NCBI GenBank assembly: GCA_013239625.1 | Contig: MU054323.1 | Span: 11,553,815 to 11,617,814 of the forward strand | From: Lama guanicoe | Lineage: Eukaryota | DNA length: 64,000 nt | Direction of reading: 5' to 3' | Shown here: positions 25,863 through 38,400 of the stretch, in pieces | How the letters are laid out: the number at the start of each line of letters is the position of its first letter | Numbering within the stretch: the first letter of the stretch is position 1 | Notes under the pieces: generated by a model | Databases searched by the model: none | Seen by the model: the letters and a program-made list of their open reading frames with translations, nothing else | What the model was told of the DNA's origin: nothing | Position numbers and translations under genes: made by a program

Positions 25863-26360
25863 AGTGGAATTTCTGGGTTGACAGTATGCATGTGATCAAC
25901 TTCACTAAATATGTCACAGTATTTTCTAAGGTTGTACCAATTTATAACCTCACTGGCAATGTAAAAGAGTTCCCATTGCTCTCTCCTCACTAACACTTAG
26001 CACTGGCAGGACTCATTCACACCCATCTGGTGGGAATAAAATAGCCACTCCTTGCAGGCTTAGTTTGTGTCTCTCTAATTACTGGTAAGGTTGAGCATCT
26101 TTCAATATGTTTATTCTTTGTTTATATTCCCTCTTACATGAAATGCATATTGGTATCTTATGCCCATTTGTCTATAAGTTATCTTTTTTTATGGACTTGT
26201 AAGAATTCTTTGTTTACTCTGGATACTCGTATTTTGTTGGTCATACATGTTGCAAACATCTTCTCCTAGTTGGTGGCAACCATCTAGATGGTGGCTTATT
26301 TTTTTACTTCCTTTACAGTGTCTTTGGAGGAACACAGATATTCTTCATTTTATACAAATA
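25863..26360 (-). mobile_element. Old L1 ORF2 3' fragment
   Basis: GAGTGGAATTTCTGGGT...GTTCCCATTGCTCT...GGTTGAGCATCTTTCAATATGTTTATT. Confidence 0.8.
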
Positions 26361-26749
26361 TATACATGCTATAAATCTTTGCTTAGAAGTTTAATTTTTA
26401 TAAATTGAGCCAAATGTTAATTTTTATGGGAACTTAATATAAGAAATTTGGTGAGAGAATCTTCTCTTAAAAACAGGAGCTTTATTTGTAATTGACACAT
26501 TCATTCCCTCAAACCAGTGATTAAACATTTTTATAGTTCTATAATAATATTTTTAAGGAGAATGATACTCATAGCAAAATTCTGAAATGGACTTGCAAAA
26601 GAAACACTTTGACTACTTAGGAAATGATGCATGTATTTCTAGAAGCAGATATAGCCTTACAAAAATCAGTTATTTAACTTTCCCTCTCTTTTTCTTTTTT
26701 TCTCTATTCTAAAAATAGAGTTCCAACTTCAGAGGAACAGGAGAAAGCC

Positions 26750-26965
26750 ATATATATATACACACACACACACACACATATATATATAGTCATAGGTGTT
26801 GATTTATATATCATATACTTAAAAAAATCAAGATATATAATACATATTATATATATCTAATATCTTGATCAAATACTTTAAAAATAATACACATATTATT
26901 ACATATAATATGCATAATATACATATATAATATACATTATACATATATTGATTCTTAAAAGTATA
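26750..26965. repeat. (TA)n(CA)n(TA)n microsatellite and AT-rich low complexity
   Basis: Direct inspection. Confidence 0.85.
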
Positions 26966-27289
26966 TGATAAAAATCACCCTTTATTCCTCATATATAAGA
27001 TGGTGAAATCAGACTAGACTGCTATAGTATTTTACAGAACGGAAGTACTGCATAGTGTAGCACTGTAAAGTAAAATATAGTAAACACCATTTACCGTTTG
27101 AACCAGAGGTCATAGATTAATGATTCTGGATTATCTTGCAATCATTGCACTGTAATAGTCATAGAACTTTGTCCCTTGTCCTGTATAACATTTTAATTTT
27201 GGTCCTGGAAGAAGAGGTTGAAATGAAAATGAAGATACTTTTCAACTCTTTCCCACATTTTTAATGATAGAAAGAAAACAAGAAAAATT

Positions 27290-27720
27290 AACCAAGCAGA
27301 TGGCAGAATCAAAATTCTAAAGGACCTCAAAACCAGGAAGATGGAATTCAACCAAGGAAGCTATGAATGTCTTCACATTTAAAGTTAACCATGCAAGTAA
27401 ATAGTGAGTGGGATCTGCCTTGGCTAAATTTTGTTTGGAAAATATTCTGTGCGGCTCATCTGACTTCCTGTTCTAAAGAGGCAGTGTGGTGACACATCCC
27501 ACAGCAGCGTAAGAGGTTGCTTCAGACAGGATGTCTCCAGCCCTCTAAGCAGCGCTGCTCTTGACCCTACATTATGTTCAGCTCATTCCAAGAGGTACAT
27601 CAACACCCTCAATAATATCCAAAGAAGGGTATTAGAGTAGCACAGGGCGGCTGGCCAGGGAGGGAACGGTCTTGCAAGGATGGCTTCCTGACACGCAGTT
27701 GTACTCACCTAGGAAGGGTG
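27290..27720 (+). mobile_element. L3/CR1 LINE fragment
   Basis: Residual CR1 phrases (ATGGAATTCAACCAAGG, CATTATGTTCAG, ATATCCAAAGAAGGG). Confidence 0.45.
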
Positions 27721-28064
27721 ATAACTTTTTCTAACTAGCACAAACATGCCATCAGCCAAGCACATAAGGGACCTACAGATTACTTCCTGGGACATTGGAA
27801 ATCTGGAAATGTTTATTTCCATTGGAAATGGAATGTTTATTTCCAGACAAATTGAAGGATTCACAGGGACTGTTGGACCCAGTCCTATAGTTTATTTCTG
27901 ACCCCTAGCCCTCTAGAATAACTCTGGTCTGAGAGAGCACGGATTTAACCACCTCTGGCCCCACAATTGGGCTTCCCCTTGCTGCTTCTCTGACTCCCAA
28001 GGCTATGCATACATTTGGAAAACGGAGCTTGCCTTGTCCCTTAAAAGGAAAAGAAAAAAGAAAA

Positions 28065-28310
28065 GATGTCACATCATGAATGGTCGAATGGTGGTCAACA
28101 GCCTGTAGTAGCAGGTTGAAACTCTGGTTTGAATCCAGGTGTGGCTTAGGGACTGAATGACTTTGAACAACGCCCTTACTATCTCTGAGCATCCTTTTCT
28201 TACATACAAAGTGGGCTGGAGGTGGTGGCAATAAAACCAGCCTCTTAACCATTAGGTGGGTATTAAGTGAGGAGATTCTTATAAAGGGCATGGCATGGAG
28301 TGTAATGAAA
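28065..28310 (+). mobile_element. MIR SINE
   Basis: CTGGTTTGAATCCAGG...TGACTTTGAACAA...CTCTGAGCATCCTTTTCTTACATACAAAGTGGG. Confidence 0.6.
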
Positions 28311-28442
28311 GTTACAGGGTAGGTCTTGTGACCACATCCTGTCAGGATCTCCCCAGATGCCCAGTGCCCTGGTGCGGTACCAGGCAGGGGTACCCGAGGC
28401 ACTGGCCAGTTATTTCCTGGACTTCCCACACTCTAGGTCCCC

Positions 28443-28603
28443 AGAGTTGTGTCCAGTATAGCAGCCACTAGCTACATGTAGCTTTTGACCACTTGAAATG
28501 TGGCAAATGAACTGAATTTTAAATTTTATGTTATTGTAATTAATTTACATTTAAATTTAAATACCACCCCCCACCATGGCTAGCAGATGTCTTGTTGGAC
28601 CAC
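28443..28603. mobile_element. MER3/MER33-like hAT-Charlie fragment
   Basis: GTGTCCAGTATAGCAGCCACTAGCTACATGTAGC...CACTTGAAATGTGGC...TTGGAC. Confidence 0.75.
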
Positions 28604-31600
28604 ACCGAAGGAAGGAGCTGCCAATGGCAAGATGGCATAAACACCCTTCAATGGAGATAGGCTGAGGTTGGACAATTATAAAAGGGATGGGTTGCAGAAG
28701 AATTCTTGTTTTGCGCAGATCCTTACACTTTGACTGCTGGGGTTCTCTCCACTCAATTGCTTTTCTTCCACATTGTATTTCTGCCACCAACATACCATAT
28801 CCAGTCACTTTCTGCCAGTGATATGATGGGACAGACCTCCCAGTGACAGGTGCAGGGCTTGCCCTGCTGACCTGTCCTCCAGGATGAGCTTAGCACATCC
28901 CAGCAACAAAGGGGGATCCTGTTTGCATTTTGTTTTCAATCCGGTAAGAAGGGAAGCAGCATTCAGTTGTTCCCCGGCCGGGAGTGATGCACACAGCTCT
29001 CTCCTGGCTGATGTTTTCCAGAACAATGGAAATAAATCTGATGTAATGTAGCAGAACACGACGAGGGACGGTTCTCCCCTTAACAAATACTCATTTGAAA
29101 TGGTGCCCACACCCTGCCCAAGGAACGATCTATTTCCCACAACAGTGTTCCAGCAAAACCCATTACTAATTCCACAACTCAAATTAAAACTAACAGAGCT
29201 TGAAGGCTGGGGCTGATGCGCTCTCTGCCGACAAGGAGCAACGAAGGGTGGGGGAAGGGGCCCGGCGCGCTGGCGTGTGGATGTGTTTAATTACACTGTT
29301 TAACACATCGAGAATAATTTAGCCACCCGAGTGGGGAAAATAAGGCACTTAACTGCTCTGTGGCAGAAAAAAGCCCCGTGCAAACCACTCTCAGCTGCAT
29401 GCCACCTCGAACACCTCAGGGCTTTCGGGGAGAGAGAAAGAGAAATAGAGAGAGAAGGGGAAACCCACAGCAAAGAGTGGGGAGGGAGGGAGGGAGAAAG
29501 AGAAAAAGGGAAACTTGTGCATGTGCAAATCTACTGTAAGTTGGTACTGTAAGTTGGAAGGACATGTGACTGTTTCTCAAGGACAGCTGGTAAGAGGTGG
29601 TGGAAAGGTGAAAATGAACATAAATTTTATGTTTTAAAATGGAATTTAACACCTAGACCAGTGTTGTCCCTGGGTCATTCCCCCACTTCAGTATCATCTC
29701 AGTGAGTTTCCTTGCCTTACTGGGCTGACAGTCATGAGTGGGGCTTGCAGCCTCAGAAAGTGGCCTCAGAGGAAGCCTACGAAGGGCTCTGTTTGCAGAA
29801 GGGGAAATTGAGCCTTAAGCTCAAACAAGAGGCATCTGGACAGCACTTGGAGTAGATGCCTGTGCAGCCCCCACCTTCAAGGCTGGTGATCTGGCCTGTA
29901 AGCAAAGCATGTCACTGTTCCCACCAAGGGGCATCTTACTGTCTATTTCCTTACAGCTGAGAGGGGTCTGAGATAATCTCTAATTCAAGGGCCATGGGAG
30001 AGGGGCTGATGAAAGAAGCCTGTCATGTGAGTTCAGATTTAGTGGGTGCCAAAGCATCCAGATGGGGGACCGATGCCAGAGAAGTGAGGGCTCAGAATAG
30101 AACTACCCATCGCCTGCCAGTGACTCCGGGTTCAGCACTGGGGCCGACTGCCAAGGAGAGGAACAGCCTGGCACGAGAGAGGCAGGAAGCAGAAACCGCT
30201 CTCCACGGCCCAGAGACGGCGCCACCCCAGCCTCTTCTCTGGCTGGTGGCCTCGCCATGTAGATGGACCCAGCCTCTTGGAGCACTCACAGCCTAAGGGA
30301 GCTCAGAAACCTCAGCTGATGAGTCCCTCCCAGGGCGCCCTGTAGGGTGACAGAGAGAGCTCCTGCTTGGCAGAAAGGAGTGCATCGCCCCAACAACTTG
30401 TGGGCTGTGGGCAAGCCACACTTCGCCTCTCACCTCAGTTTCCCCAAGTAGAACACAGAGAAGGCTGGGCTGAATCTTTTGTGCTTTTCAACTGTAACGT
30501 TCTACATTTCTGGAGCTGAGAATGTGGGTTCTTATGGATGCTAAATAATATTGTTGGGCAGGCAGTGAAACAGGAACCCACTGAAAAGAATATTCCTTTC
30601 AGTTAAGTTAGGGTCAGCACGTGCAAACACACAAAAATGAAACGTATTTGCACCAAACATTCTCCTTCTCACCCCCAAATTTCTTTGATGTGTCATTCAA
30701 TTACAAGAGAGGCCCAGAAAGTTCTGGAGCAGACTGTCGATGTATTCTGAGGACAAGGCAGAACATTCTTTCCAGGTTCCATAATTATATGTGTCCTAGA
30801 AACACCATGTAATGTTCGGCATGATCTTGGATTTCTGGGCACGGTTTTTTTTCCGCCTATGAAGAGAGGATATATTTCCCACTTAGCTAATTCAAACTCC
30901 CTCTTAAGCAAATTAGGGGGATTTAGGAAGTTGGGGCCTGTCATGTATCAAATTATAATCTGGTTTTAAGAGCTACTATTTCTGATCCAAACCCCCCAGG
31001 TGGCTCCAGACAAGCTCACTTCCCAAAGGCAGGAGCCAGGGAGGGCTGATTCCCTCCTCTCTGCACCCTGAGTGAAGGGACTCTTACATGATGTCTTTGG
31101 AAGGCGATACCGCATTTAGATAGTCAATGTGTTCTTACAGGATTTCCTTCTGGCCTATGTTCTTAGGCTTTCAGTGAGGTGAAACAAAAGGAAAGAGAAA
31201 ATGCAGGAGACAGAGAGGAAGAGAGGGAAGAGAGACCAAGAAAGAGGCAGCTCGTCAGTGGAGACGGAGATGGCGAGGAAGAAAGGGGGAGGACAGGAGG
31301 GCCTAGACACAGAGAGGGACAAAGTCCACTAACGAAAGGCTTTCACGTGCAGATCCAGCAGACAGCAGTGGGGAAACTGTATCCAAACACCACTGCGCTT
31401 TCTCACTCCTCAGATGTGAGTACTCAAGGCACACCTGGAAGACAGATGTGCGATGGCCGAGACTCCCCAGTGCAGCTCTTTGAAGTCCCCTCCTGCAGTG
31501 ACAGATTCAGGGCACTGACTCTGGCCACACCCAGGGGAGAGAGAAGGACGGGCACCGGCAGTTGGACCTCTGGCCCCGTTACCTCGGGCATCCCGGTCTG

Positions 31601-34199
31601 TGCCCGGCCATCCCTGGGCGCCTCAGGCCCGCGGAGGCCTCAGGGTGAGTGGGCGGAGCCCTGGACTGGAGCCTGGTTCTGGCTCTGCCAGTGTCCACTC
31701 CCCGTCATGGTGTGGGGGTGCCAGGGGTGGGGACAGAGGGCTAGTTGCACCAGCAGCCAAGCAGTCTCTCTTTGGGAGAGACTCCCTTTTGCAACCAGCC
31801 TGGGGACATAGGACGGCCATGTATCCTAAGAAGGCCCAGGCCAAGCTGCTTCCTCTGAGACTTTTCTGAAAGCAAGCTTCCACCCAAATGGCTGGGGTTG
31901 TGCTTGTGGGGTCAGGGCCAGAGCTAGCGGGAGGGGAAAAGTCTCTTGAAAACAAGAGCTTTCTGAATTAAATATGTCTGAGAGCATCATGGAAGACAGA
32001 ACTTAGAACAGCTCTGTGTGTGTTAGCCTGTGTGTAAACGTGTGTGTAAGGGGGTGAGTGAAAAGCAGGTTAAGGGGGGATTTTAAGCCTCTCAGGGTTC
32101 TCATGCTCCTTCCTTCATTCTTTCTCACCCCCACTTCTAAAACAATCCAAGAAGGCCAGAGCATGTGAAAGTGAGGGCTGGGGTAAGAAGGAGAGACAGT
32201 CGGAAGAGAGAGGAACAGAATGGTCCAGAAGCCTGCTTGGGCTGGGGGCAGCTGGGGGTCTAAGGGAAGGGGATAGGAAGGACAGGCCAGGTGGGGGGGG
32301 GTCTGACATCCATCCCTGAGCCTGAGACAGGATGGAGATGCTGCCACAGGAAACATCCGCCTCCCTCCAGCTGCCTCGGCTACATCCTGGAACAGGTGAG
32401 GTGGGCAGGGAGTCACAGATGAGTCCCGTGCCTACCTGGAGAAAGTGACCCAGGTGAAGGAAGACAGGGTTCTCAGACAGCGTCAGAGACGCTGGCACTG
32501 GATCAGGACAGCTTCCGAGTTGAAGGAATGTGCCTTTATCCTAGGAGCAAGCCCATCCTGAATGCCTCTGCCCTGAGATTCTCCCCCAGCAATGCTGTCT
32601 GCAAGTATCTTCACTTGGGTACCTGAAAGGAAGCTGGAGATTTCAGAGGTGAGCTTTATGATGTAGCTCAGCTGGTTGGCAGCCACTGCTGGCTGAGGAT
32701 TAGACTTGGGAGAAGACAGAATGTTTGGCTAAGAGAAGCAGGGAAACGTTCCTGTGACCTCTGCTCCCTCAGGCGCTTGAGAACCAATTGGCTGTGCCTC
32801 CTGATGGCAGGCGTGTGGTCAGTTCTGATGGAGATATGCCCCTAGCTTCTCTAGTCCCCAGGCTGTGAAGGGGTCTGGTTCGGTTCTCTGAGCTGCGTGG
32901 GCATTCCTGGTCAGGCCAGATCCACAGCATGGCAGGGCTGACCCAGTCAGTGATCAGAGGGCAGAGAACTGCCCAACGGACCACCCTTTCGGAGAGAAAT
33001 CAAACAAAGGTCTTGGCCACTTTCAGTTTTAAAGGCCCCTCGTGGTGGATCTGGCAGAGTCAGCATGTTAACTCCAGAGCCGCAGCTCTCTGCCAGCCTG
33101 GGGACTCGGAGGCAGCTCACGGCCCGGGTCATCACCCTCAGTACTCAATACTTCTCTCATCTAGTACAGCTCTACCAGAGGGAGTGCCATGGGGCAAGAC
33201 TTCACTTCCATACCCCTACACCATCTCTTAAAAATTTGCGTTCATGTATTAGCTAAACAGATCATCTCTGAAGCAACTCAGGAGCTGGGTGAGATGAACT
33301 TAAGCTGCTTTTCAACATGAGCACCATAGATTACGAGGGATTGAAACGCCCCGCAGAGATCACTTTGTTCACCTATGTTAATAATTAAGATGAGGAAATT
33401 ACGTTTGGCTGAGCTTTTCTGGTTGTTTATTGGAGAACCAGCTTTGCAGACTACTGAGTGTGCGTGGCCTCACATTATATTGCAGGATTTTTTATTCAAA
33501 AAGGTTTGTGTGAAGCAAGAAGTCATGCATGGTTGAGAAGGGCTTCCTGAGATTTCAGGGACTGAGACAGAAGAGAGATTGAAGCCAGGGTCTCCAGGGT
33601 CCAGAGCAGTGCTCCTAACTGGTGTTGAATATGTAAAGAGCTGATGCGCTTGGTTCAACCAGTGTCTTTGTTTTGGCAGAGCCTTTACACATATATCTGA
33701 ATCATGACTCTCCAAAGAGGGGGAGGTAGGAGGCAACATTCACTCAAGTGTTTGATCAAGGAGTTCCCAGCAGCAGCTCCAGAATTAGTGTTCCACGTAT
33801 CATGCTTGTCCAAGAGACAGAGTCCACAAGGGTGGCAGAAAAAATCAATATTCTCCTCTTGATTCTGCTCTGGTTTTTTAAATGGCTGTGGGCTTTCTTG
33901 CTGTCTGTCTATCAGTGGAAAGCTCTGCTTTACAAAGGTTTGAGAGGGCGAAGGATGTTCTCAGTCTGACCGCTTACAAACACCGAGGAGAGCTGGGGTG
34001 GACCAGTCTACCTGAGGACTCCTTCATGGTTGTCTCACGGGAGAAAGAGGTGGGCTCCATTAGATTGGGAAACACTAGTGCCTTGCAGTGTCCAGCAGAT
34101 GTTAACAATGATCATTTGATCTGTTTTGAACTAATCTTATGCACTTTCTCAGGTCTTTTTGGTCTCACCTGTCACTGGGACTCTTAGTCCTCTTTTGGG

Positions 34200-34670
34200 G
34201 CTGACCCCAGGCGAAGAAGTGGCTCTTCTGACCACTTCTGGACTCAGATGAGGTGCCAAGCCTCAAGGAAGAGGATCTCGATTTCCTCGGCGCTGCCAAA
34301 GGGGCCAGATGGCACCAGCCAGAGGTTCAGAAGCATTAACTGCCCATGGGGCAAACTTTGAGCCATGAGAGAGAGGAGACAGAAGGGAGCGACATGTACA
34401 TTTCCTCTCCAACCTCTCTCGTGTGGACTGTTTCAAGACTCAGTGTTTCTGCAAAGCTAGTCCACAGATGCCCTGCTTTAGCCAAGTAGCTGGCTCTGTC
34501 TATTTGTGAAGAGAGGTGGGTGACACGTCACCTTGTACTTCTTCCCATCCTCCCCTCCTTGTTTCCCATTTCCCTCACTCTCACTGCCCTGGTACTGCAC
34601 CTCCCTGAGAAGCGTTAGCACTTAAGCTTTGCCTCAAGCTTTGTTTTGCGGAGAACCCAGGCTCCAACAA
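34200..34670 (+). mobile_element. ERVL LTR33/LTR16-type solo LTR
   Basis: 3' end TTAGCACTTAAGCTTTGCCTCAAGCTTTGTTTTGCGGAGAACCCAGGCTCCAACA resembles the LTR33 terminus. 5' boundary uncertain. Confidence 0.55.
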
Positions 34671-34674
34671 TATC

Positions 34675-34860
34675 AACAGTAATCACTAAAATGTTTTGAG
34701 CACTTACCATGTGCCAGGCACTGCTAAGGACTTTACGCATATTATCTCATTTAATTCCTTTCCATAATTGTATAAGGCAGATGCTGCTGTTACTCCACTT
34801 TAGTGAGGAGGAAACTGGATCCAAAGGGCTTATGTAATGTGCCCAAATGACAGTATCAGA
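34675..34860 (-). mobile_element. MIR SINE
   Basis: TTGAGCACTTACCATGTGCCAGGCACTG...TTATCTCATTTAATTC...GAGGAAACTG. Confidence 0.75.
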
Positions 34861-35004
34861 GAGCACACCGGGTAGGGTCAAGCACAGCGCTGGACACAGA
34901 GTGAGCCCTCAGGGTCAGTAGATGGGTCATTAATTTGTATATTTCTCACCAGCACCTTTTCTTCTAAGGCAATCTTTCCAGTGATTCACTCCCTGAATAC
35001 TACC

Positions 35005-35426
35005 AACGAAGAACTCAAAGAGGAAATCAGAAAATACCTCGAGACAAATGAAAATGGAAACACAATACTCCAAAATCTATGAGACGCAGCAAAAGCAGTT
35101 CTGAGCAGGATGTTCATGGCGGTGCAGGCCTTCCTCAAGAAACAAGAACATCTCAAACAGACAACCTAACCTACCGCCTAAAAGAATCAGAAAAAGGAGA
35201 GCAAACAAAGGCCAAAGTCAGCAGGAGGAACTGATAAAGGTCAGGGAGGAAATAAGTAGATAAAAAAGATAAATGAAACCAAGAGGTGTTTTTTTTTTTC
35301 TTTTTGAAAAGATGAACAAAACTGATAAATCTTTAGCCAGGCTCACTGAGAAGAACTCACCGAGAAGAAGAGAGGGCCCAAATGAACAAAATAAGACATG
35401 AAAGAGGAGAACAACTGACACCACAG
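35005..35426 (+). mobile_element. L1 ORF2 internal fragment
   Basis: GAGGAAATCAGAAAATACCTCGAGACAAATGAAAATGGAAACACAATACTCCAAAATCTATGAGACGCAGCAAAAGCAGTTCT. Confidence 0.85.
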
Positions 35427-38400
35427 GGCCCCAGGACCAATAACTCTTAAGTCCGCCATCTGCATCTGGTGTGAGCTTAGCAGCAAGGCGTTCCCCAGGT
35501 ACCTTTCTTGTCCCACCTACAAACCGGGGCTAATCACGTCACATGTATAATTCTTGTCTATTACACAACTGATAGATCATTATTTCTCATCACCCAATAG
35601 GCTAATTATTGAGTTCTCCTGTGGCTATCTCCTACAAAAACAGCAGCTATCACCCACGAAAACAAAGTTTAGGTCCCCTTGGGCACAGGTGGGCCAATTT
35701 GAGAGGCTATGCTGACGGAAGACCAGGAAATACCAGCTGGGAGTCAGCAGAGTTCCCAGGACAAACGGCAGTCGGGAAGTCATAACCCGACTGTAACTGC
35801 ACAGGGAAAACATCTGTCCTCATTCTAATCTGGTAACTTGGCTTCAAGCACAACAGCCAGGGCTCTGTCTCCCCACGAACAGAATCACATCGCAACAATT
35901 ACACAACTTCTGCAGCCACAGAGGCACCTGCACTGACTGGCAAGCAGCTCCGGGAACATGGGAGCCGTTTGAGTGTCTGAAGCGGTGTTGAGTGCCCCTT
36001 CGTGATTAACACAGACTTTCCAACTTGGTATAATTATTAATCTAGGTCATTAGAAAACGAAAGGCAAGCCCGGGGCCCCATTCCTCCCTTCAGCAAATAT
36101 TAAACCCCGACTTTGTGTCAGAAACTATACAGTGGTGAACAAAGACAAGGTTTCTGCCATCAGGGTACTCTTATGACGATGTAGCCCTCAAGGCTGTGAC
36201 TGAATGAGCAGAAAGCAAAGGTGACTCAGTGATTAAGAGATCCTCTCACTGTATGAAACGTGTAAAGTTTAGATCGTCTTCTCTTAGGGAGTCGACTCAC
36301 CCTTTGTCCTAGTTTTTCTTAAAGCTTATCCTTAGATCTTTTGCATCAGAAATACCCAATGTTCAGAGCTACTGAGAACATAGTGGGTGGAGACTCAGAA
36401 TGTACATAATGAAGATGCTCACTAGGGAAATTCTGTGCTCACTAAAGTTTGGAGTACCGTCTTGGTCCAAAGCCCTGGGAGGTCACGACTCACACCTACC
36501 TGTTTGGGCGGGTCCCCGAGGCTTGGCAGCAGCTTTGTGAGATGGAGGGAGGCGCAGGAGGCTGGTGGTGGAGGACAGTGGCAGTCCCTCCGGAGAAAGG
36601 GCAGGGTGATAGCCCTGGCAGGGCTGCTGTCTGCTGGCTTCTTCCCTTAGGCTCTTCCTTATATGGGCACAGCAGGTACTGCCTCACCTTAGTTAAACAA
36701 TGACTCGGGCATCGGCGCCTCCTGAAGAGAGACAGGATATTGGATTTAACTGCAAATCTTCCCCAAAGATGCTCCACCCCGAGCCTATCTCCACCTGATC
36801 CTACCTCACTTCCTGATTTCTTGGCTGCCTGAGTTGTGGTCCTCCACTGTTTCTAGACAACTCCATTTCTTTGTTACTTCAGGGAGTTTTATTTCAGAGG
36901 AAATGCTGAGGGAAGTGGGGAATCGCCCTTCCTTCCTGCCTCGTTCTCATGGGGGAATGTACTCTCGCCACGTGAAGCTCGAAGATCATCGTAGATGCTC
37001 CCAGTAAATCACATCACGTGGGCTCTGTGCAGAAAGAGCATCTTCTCTCCACAAATAAAATGGCAGACCCCATTCACCCCTGGGCGTGGTGAGACCCAGG
37101 GAAGGTCTCCGCACCATCCCAGCTTAATGGGTCGTGGAGAAAGAGATGAGGCAGGTAAAGCAGACGTTTCCCGACTCCAGAACCCTGAGAGCCCTGGCTC
37201 CCCTGTGTTGCAGGCGAGGATGATGAAATAGGAGAAGCAAGAAAAAAATGTGGAAATCACCGGGAACTGATGGGCTGGATACATCCCCACCCGTGATGGC
37301 TGGGGAGAGATGGGGTCTCAGACATAGAAGGACGCATCAGAGCACTTGTGAAGTGCGGCTCAGACCACACCCCAGGAGGCAGCATGGTGGGCGGGAGGGG
37401 TCCCTCCATGACTGGAAGTGGGTTTTGATCCCAGTTCTACAGTTTCTGGCTGGCATAGGCAAGTCCCTTCCCCTCTGAGTCTCAGCTGACTAATCTGTGA
37501 AGTGAGGTTTATGATTCTTACCTCGTCTCCCTGATATTTTTATTCACTGGGATGCCAGCACCCCAGGGGACACACTCTGTTAGAACTTTCACCATGAATA
37601 CAGTAAACAATAAACACATTGTTGTACAAATATAATTAATCAATGGACAGACATGTCTGTGGTGCATGCCTCAAAATACCAGATCCTGGAGACAATGCTT
37701 CCTCCTGCCCTCTCTTCTTTTCACTTTCTTCTGTCCACCCTTCTATTCCATCTCTCCTGCCTTGATCATTCCTTTACAAATTATCTCATGGTGGCCACCT
37801 GTTCCAGGCACTGTGCTGGGCCCAAGAGACAACATCAACACGAGTAGACTCAGTGAGCCCTAGTTACTTAGAATCTAAAGAGAGCCACACAGGAAACCAG
37901 GACCTACAAAATCAGCAGAATCATTTCACTTGTGATCAGTGCTGTGGAGGGAAACCTCATCTTGACTGAGGAGTCACGAGAGGCTCCGCTACGGAGTGAT
38001 GGATGGTGGGGAGCCCGCCAAGAGGAGGGTACTGAGGTGGTCCAGGCAGGAATGAGTACATATCCCAGGTGGACAGCTTGATGGATTTGCATAAAGTGAA
38101 ACCCAAGTCAGCAGCACCCAGATTAGGAGGCAACATTACCAGTGCCCCAAAGCCCCCTTGGTAACCCCCCTTCCCATCACTATCCTCCAGGAGAGCCCCA
38201 AGGTAACCTGACCCCGGTCCTGTGCAATCTGATAAGCTCCATCCTCTTCCTTGTTCATAAGAAAACAAATTCAGTGTTGATTTAGGGAATTAAATCAAAA
38301 GTCCTTGCAAAATATGACAAAGGGGACTATTGTGGTAGAACAAACAAGTAAGTATCCAGAGTATTTGCCATGTAATCAAATGGATCATCTAACAGATTTC

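Noticed and set aside
27020..27085. Imperfect inverted repeat (TTTACAG/CTGTAAA)
   Set aside because: Short AT-rich arms with poor inner pairing; expected by chance.
31179..31811. 210-aa ORF
   Set aside because: Non-ATG start, purine- and GC-rich low complexity, no recognisable domain or exon structure.
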